From Acidobacteriota bacterium (GTDB lineage Bacteria > Acidobacteriota > UBA890 > WLXD01): a DNA stretch of 64,000 nucleotides. The notes beneath the pieces are model-generated. The model saw only the letters and a list, made by a program, of their open reading frames with translations. It was not told the DNA's origin and did no database searches. Each line of letters begins with the position of its first letter. Position 1 is the first letter of the stretch. Below, in pieces: positions 61,153-64,000 of the stretch. The stretch is taken from contig CAXWPL010000005.1 of NCBI GenBank assembly GCA_963666215.2, positions 192,001 to 256,000 of the forward strand, in the 5' to 3' direction. The position numbers and the translations under genes are program-made.

Positions 61153-64000
61153 CTACTCATCGTCCCTGCGGCCGGCACGCAGCGGCCGCGCCCGTGTCGT
61201 GGCAAGGCGCACGCCGACCCCCGTCTCGCCCTCGAGCCGGTAGAGGTCGTAGTCGGCGTCGTCGATAAAGCGAACGGAGGCCATCAGGAAGCCGAACCCC
61301 ATCCGCGATACCAGGTCGAGCCATTCGCCTTGCGCCGTCTCATCCATGGCCTCCGTGCCCGCCGAGAAGATCGTCGGGTTGACGAGATCTTGAGCGCCGG
61401 CCAGCGTTACGTTTCCATTCCGCCGCTCGTTGTAGATCGCCGTGTCGTTGACGACATCGAGCCTGTAGATGTGGGGCTGCCAGCGGATCGTCCAGCGCTG
61501 GTAGCGATCGTAGATCCGCAGGTTGGCCTCGCGTGATTCGTCGTCACGCGACACCTCCTCGGCGATGTAGTCGATCATGGCGTGTGCCGCATCGGTGTAG
61601 TCGCTCAGACGCGGGTCCTCGGGAACCCGCACACTCGTGTACCAGCCACGCGGGATCCAATACGAACGGAACGACTTGGGGTTGTAGTTGGCGAACTGGT
61701 GCACCCATTCGTGTGACGGGTAGCCGTGCGGGTTCAACCGAATGTCGGCAAGCCAGCGAGCGTTGACGTCGCGCATCACGTGGGCCTCGGTGACCAGCGT
61801 GTCGGGATTGTTGGCCTGGCCCGGGACATCAGGTCCGAGCGCGCTGTAGCGGCCCGCGTGCAAGCAGTGCGTCGGCGTGAGCTTCTGCAATTCGTAAGCG
61901 AGCGCCGCACCGTCGGGGTTGACGACCGGTTGGATCACGACGTTCATGCCGTTCAGGTAGCGCCGGTAATCGGGGTCGGTTGCCAGTAGCTCCGCCAGGC
62001 GGAGAATGTGCGGGGTCGACGAGACCTCGTTGGCGTGCTGCCGGCCCACGATCGACAACACCGGCTTCCAGGCGTTTAGCTTGGCCTGGGAGAGGAGATC
62101 GGCTTCCATCGGCAGCCGGATCTCCATCACAGAAACCGGGCGGCCCTGGTACGAGCGCCCGCCGACGTACGTGGTCACCGCGTCGAGGGTGCCCAGCGTG
62201 TGGGCGATGCGCTCGCTCTCGTCGGGGCTGATCACGTGGTCCCAGGCCACGAGTGGCGCGCCAGCCGGTGAGTACGGCTCAACAGCTACGGCCGCCTCGG
62301 TCGAGCTCGGCGAGGCGAAGGTGCGCTCGCTCAGCGCCCCGTCGACTTCGATGCGCACCGAGACCTGTTCGACGCCGTCGAACGCCAACGCGTTGGCGAA
62401 CAGGCCGTCGGCGCGCAGGCGCTCCAGGTTTTCCAGCAGCGCGGCAAGGCGTGGCAGCTCGCTGTCGTTCTCCAGCTGCACAAGGACGCCAATGCGCGCG
62501 AGCGCCTCGGCCCCAGCCTCCACGTCGACGACGTGGAGGTACGGCTCCGGGATCTTCACGGGGTCAAGCGTGCGGGTCTCCGTCTCGCCTTCGGACTCCT
62601 CGTCCTCGCCCTCGCCGTCGGCAGCTTCGGCGTCATCGGTGCTTTCGTCACCAGCACCCTCGTCCGCATCACCTTCGTCCGCGTCGCCTTCGTCGGCATC
62701 AGCCGCCGCCACCTCCTCGGTCCGCTCCACGTAGTGCACAACGAGCTTCGGTTCCTTGGAGGCAAAGCCCGAGTAGGAGATCTTCAGCGACGGAGCCTGG
62801 CCACGACGCTCGGGGTGGATCCAGGGCAACACGTTGCCCGCCGCCAGCGAGCGCGGGATGGAGTCCTCGTCCGAGGCTTGCAGCGCCACCTCGTAGAAAA
62901 AATCGAGCGAGTCGAAGTAGAACTCGTCGTGCAGCGACTCGAGCACCGACACGTGCTCCTCATCGATCCCAAGGCGGTAGTCGGGCTCGGACGCCTGCAG
63001 TTCGATCCGCAAAGTGTGGAAGAAGGGCGCCTTGTCAGCCGTCGGCCGGTTGTCGGTGCTTTTCTTGATGTGCTTGTACACACGGTCGAGCGTGTCGCTC
63101 TGGAAGTAATCCCAAATACGGTCCGAGTCGGTGGGAATGCGCTCGTCGACGACGACGCGGTCGCCGATCCGCGCCGTCACCCAGCCGGTGGCTACCGTGA
63201 CCGTCGCGTATTCGGGGAAGGCATCAAAGTACGGCCGTTCATAGATGTGCGGCGAGAACGACTCCTGCAGCAGGATGTCGCCGGCGGCATCGCGTGCGGT
63301 CGCGGTGTAGATGTCGTTCCCGGCGTCATCGACGCGAAAAGAAAAGGCGTCGAGCGGCAATGCCAGTGCGCCGGCCAGCACGTCATCGGCGGGATAGAGC
63401 TCGTTGAGCCAGCGCGCCGGCTCGTTCTGGAAGCGTTCCGTCGTGTTCGGATCGATGGGGAACGTCCTCCAGGAAACGTCCAGCGAAGCGACGTTCTGCC
63501 CGGCCAGGGCCGGAGCAAAATGGTCCAACAGCCACGACAATCCTTGCTTGTAGGCCGACAGCATGCGGATGTCGCCAGGCTCGCCGCCCGCGGCACGGAT
63601 CTCTCCGCGCAACCGCTCGGCCAGCTCGGCCCGCAGCTCGGGCGCCTCGCTTACCCGCGCCTCGAGCGACACGACCTCGCCGGGCTCGATCGCGGGCACG
63701 ACCTGCTCGCGGAAGACGCGCAGGAGGTGGCCGACCTCCCATTCGATCTCCGGCTCGTCAACGAAGACCTCCTCGGGGTCCATGCGCGCGCGACTGCTGA
63801 CCTCGACGGTCTCGACATCGAGGCGCGCATCGACCTGGGCGGCTACCCAATTCTCGAATTCCGGCGACGCCTCCTCGAAGAAGGCCTCGACAGAAACCGA
63901 CTCGAGGTCCTTGCCCTCGAGGTCGGCGAGAATGTCGCCGAGCTCCTCCGCGGCCAGGGCCGCCTGCGAGGCGGTCGTTCGCCCCGACACGAGCTTGCGC
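61153..64000 (-). CDS. Large M14-family zinc metallocarboxypeptidase-like protein (5' end outside window)
   Basis: C-terminal domain with GRSYQGR, QHANE (HxxE), VNPDG, LNPHGY; at least 945 aa; internal acidic repeat. Confidence 0.75.
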   Translation of the reverse strand, partial: RKLVSGRTTASQAALAAEELGDILADLEGKDLESVSVEAFFEEASPEFENWVAAQVDARLDVETVEVSSRARMDPEEVFVDEPEIEWEVGHLLRVFREQVVPAIEPGEVVSLEARVSEAPELRAELAERLRGEIRAAGGEPGDIRMLSAYKQGLSWLLDHFAPALAGQNVASLDVSWRTFPIDPNTTERFQNEPARWLNELYPADDVLAGALALPLDAFSFRVDDAGNDIYTATARDAAGDILLQESFSPHIYERPYFDAFPEYATVTVATGWVTARIGDRVVVDERIPTDSDRIWDYFQSDTLDRVYKHIKKSTDNRPTADKAPFFHTLRIELQASEPDYRLGIDEEHVSVLESLHDEFYFDSLDFFYEVALQASDEDSIPRSLAAGNVLPWIHPERRGQAPSLKISYSGFASKEPKLVVHYVERTEEVAAADADEGDADEGDADEGAGDESTDDAEAADGEGEDEESEGETETRTLDPVKIPEPYLHVVDVEAGAEALARIGVLVQLENDSELPRLAALLENLERLRADGLFANALAFDGVEQVSVRIEVDGALSERTFASPSSTEAAVAVEPYSPAGAPLVAWDHVISPDESERIAHTLGTLDAVTTYVGGRSYQGRPVSVMEIRLPMEADLLSQAKLNAWKPVLSIVGRQHANEVSSTPHILRLAELLATDPDYRRYLNGMNVVIQPVVNPDGAALAYELQKLTPTHCLHAGRYSALGPDVPGQANNPDTLVTEAHVMRDVNARWLADIRLNPHGYPSHEWVHQFANYNPKSFRSYWIPRGWYTSVRVPEDPRLSDYTDAAHAMIDYIAEEVSRDDESREANLRIYDRYQRWTIRWQPHIYRLDVVNDTAIYNERRNGNVTLAGAQDLVNPTIFSAGTEAMDETAQGEWLDLVSRMGFGFLMASVRFIDDADYDLYRLEGETGVGVRLATTRARPLRAGRRDDE
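62656..62700. repeat. In-frame 15-bp tandem repeat x3 encoding DADEG
   Basis: ACCCTCGTCCGCATC / ACCTTCGTCCGCGTC / GCCTTCGTCGGCATC. Confidence 0.8.

Overview
GC-rich bacterial chromosome segment made almost entirely of housekeeping genes. Gene order and LPS genes suggest an Acidobacteriota-like diderm (inference). Contents: (i) a long minus-strand translation/RNA-metabolism run, rimP-nusA-infB-DUF503-rbfA::nrnA-truB-rpsO-pnp-rplM-rpsI-rpsB-tsf-pyrH-frr, continuing into a GT-C-like membrane protein, CYTH protein, nucleotidyltransferase, AmgK-like kinase, asnS, pgpA and pncC/cinA; (ii) thrC-tatA-tatC; (iii) dnaE-orphan-accA-[IS481]-recJ; (iv) lpxB-msbA-DUF374-yicC-gmk-rpoZ-coaBC-udg-lysA-priA; (v) a divergent glycan cluster (four GT4, one GT2, WcaJ-like priming enzyme, Uxs); (vi) a large M14 peptidase followed by gcvT-H-PA-PB-racemase-aroB. 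I found no rRNA, tRNA, CRISPR array, prophage or defence system, and I cannot support a wholly new multi-gene system. Best leads: an AmgK-like kinase split across two frames at a 15-bp tandem repeat and 22-bp palindrome; an in-frame RbfA-NrnA(DHH) fusion that keeps an internal SD/ATG; a complete IS481-family element at the CTAG of the accA stop codon; a rimP-leader attenuator; and several apparently leaderless genes.
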